From contig NC_043003.1 of NCBI RefSeq assembly GCF_006345805.1, positions 15,438,001 through 15,502,000 on the forward strand: 64,000 bases of DNA. Reading direction: 5' to 3'. Made by a program: the position numbers and the translations under genes. Of the stretch, positions 63,453 to 64,000 are shown piece after piece. Below the pieces are notes generated by a model, which made no database searches, was not told the DNA's origin, and worked only from the letters and a program-made list of their open reading frames with translations. Source of the DNA: Octopus sinensis (lineage: Eukaryota). Within the stretch, counting starts at the first letter, position 1. Each line of letters opens with the position of its first letter.

Positions 63453-64000
63453 CCTATTGATAATATATTTCATTTAGAAATAATTGAGTCTCTTTGAAAC
63501 AAACGTCAGTCGATGATTAACTGGTGATTAGTTAAAAAAATTAGTTCCGTTGTATTTCTATGTTTTCTACGAATATGTACCTGGTATTTCACCCATAACG
63601 ATCCACCACAAGGTTTAGTTTTTGTGGTAATGAGGTCGTTTGCGTTCCTCCGCCACCCCGAGAACTATGCCAACAGAGGGCAAGTTTCCTGTAGGGCGTC
63701 CCATGTTGGATAGATCAAAGAACTGAGATCAGACTCCCCTAAGATAAAAATAGGTTTGCGTAGGGCGAACACAACTAACTAGAAGAAAAGTAGGGTAGCA
63801 GAACCTGAGGGAGGAAGGCCTTCCCTCTGCGAAACATGGCATAGTGCCGCAAAATCCGAAAAGAAAAAGGAAATCAGGGGCCTAATTGAAGAAAAGGAGA
63901 AAAGACAGCCCAGAGTTGAAAGCAGTGGAGAGAGGGTATCGTTGGTCAATGCTCCATAACGGACGTTGGGTTTAAGAAAGTAAATAAACAAATACGTTAA

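Noticed and set aside
63640-63975. Possible RTE-type deletion derivative
   Set aside because: Resemblance from memory only, with no diagnostic RT or endonuclease motif visible.

Overview
This is AT-rich eukaryotic (animal) DNA dense in microsatellites and repeats. The tRNA-derived SINE families and (TA)n/(TG)n landscape resemble octopus genomes; that assignment is from recall and unverified. I found no intact protein-coding gene: almost all ORF-track entries are microsatellite or SINE translations. The real coding remnants are transposon fossils: a hAT transposase, a Penelope-like RT/GIY-YIG, several R4/Dong-like LINE 3' ends, and mariner pieces. The dominant structure is a ~24-kb cluster (32.6-56.1 kb) of 25 tRNA-Gly(TCC) copies, 24 on + and 1 on -. 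By manual alignment, 8 match the consensus exactly, 6 carry one structurally tolerated change, and 11 are damaged or truncated; the TCC anticodon is unchanged in all. The cluster is hierarchical: ~0.6-kb units (conserved upstream block, tRNA, oligo-T, antisense SINE relic) are grouped into three higher-order repeats whose ends fall in SINE copies. It also contains mariner and MITE passengers, chimeric units that switch flanks at the tRNA, a hypervariable 16-nt leader, and one copy with a G3:U70 (alanine-identity) pair. Outside it are several foldback repeats, a decayed hammerhead-like motif, SINEs tandemised in 183-bp units, and (TAA)n-flanked retroelements. tRNA positions use linear 1-72 numbering unless marked Sprinzl. 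Repeat boundaries are approximate (about +/-15 bp). All counts were done by eye.
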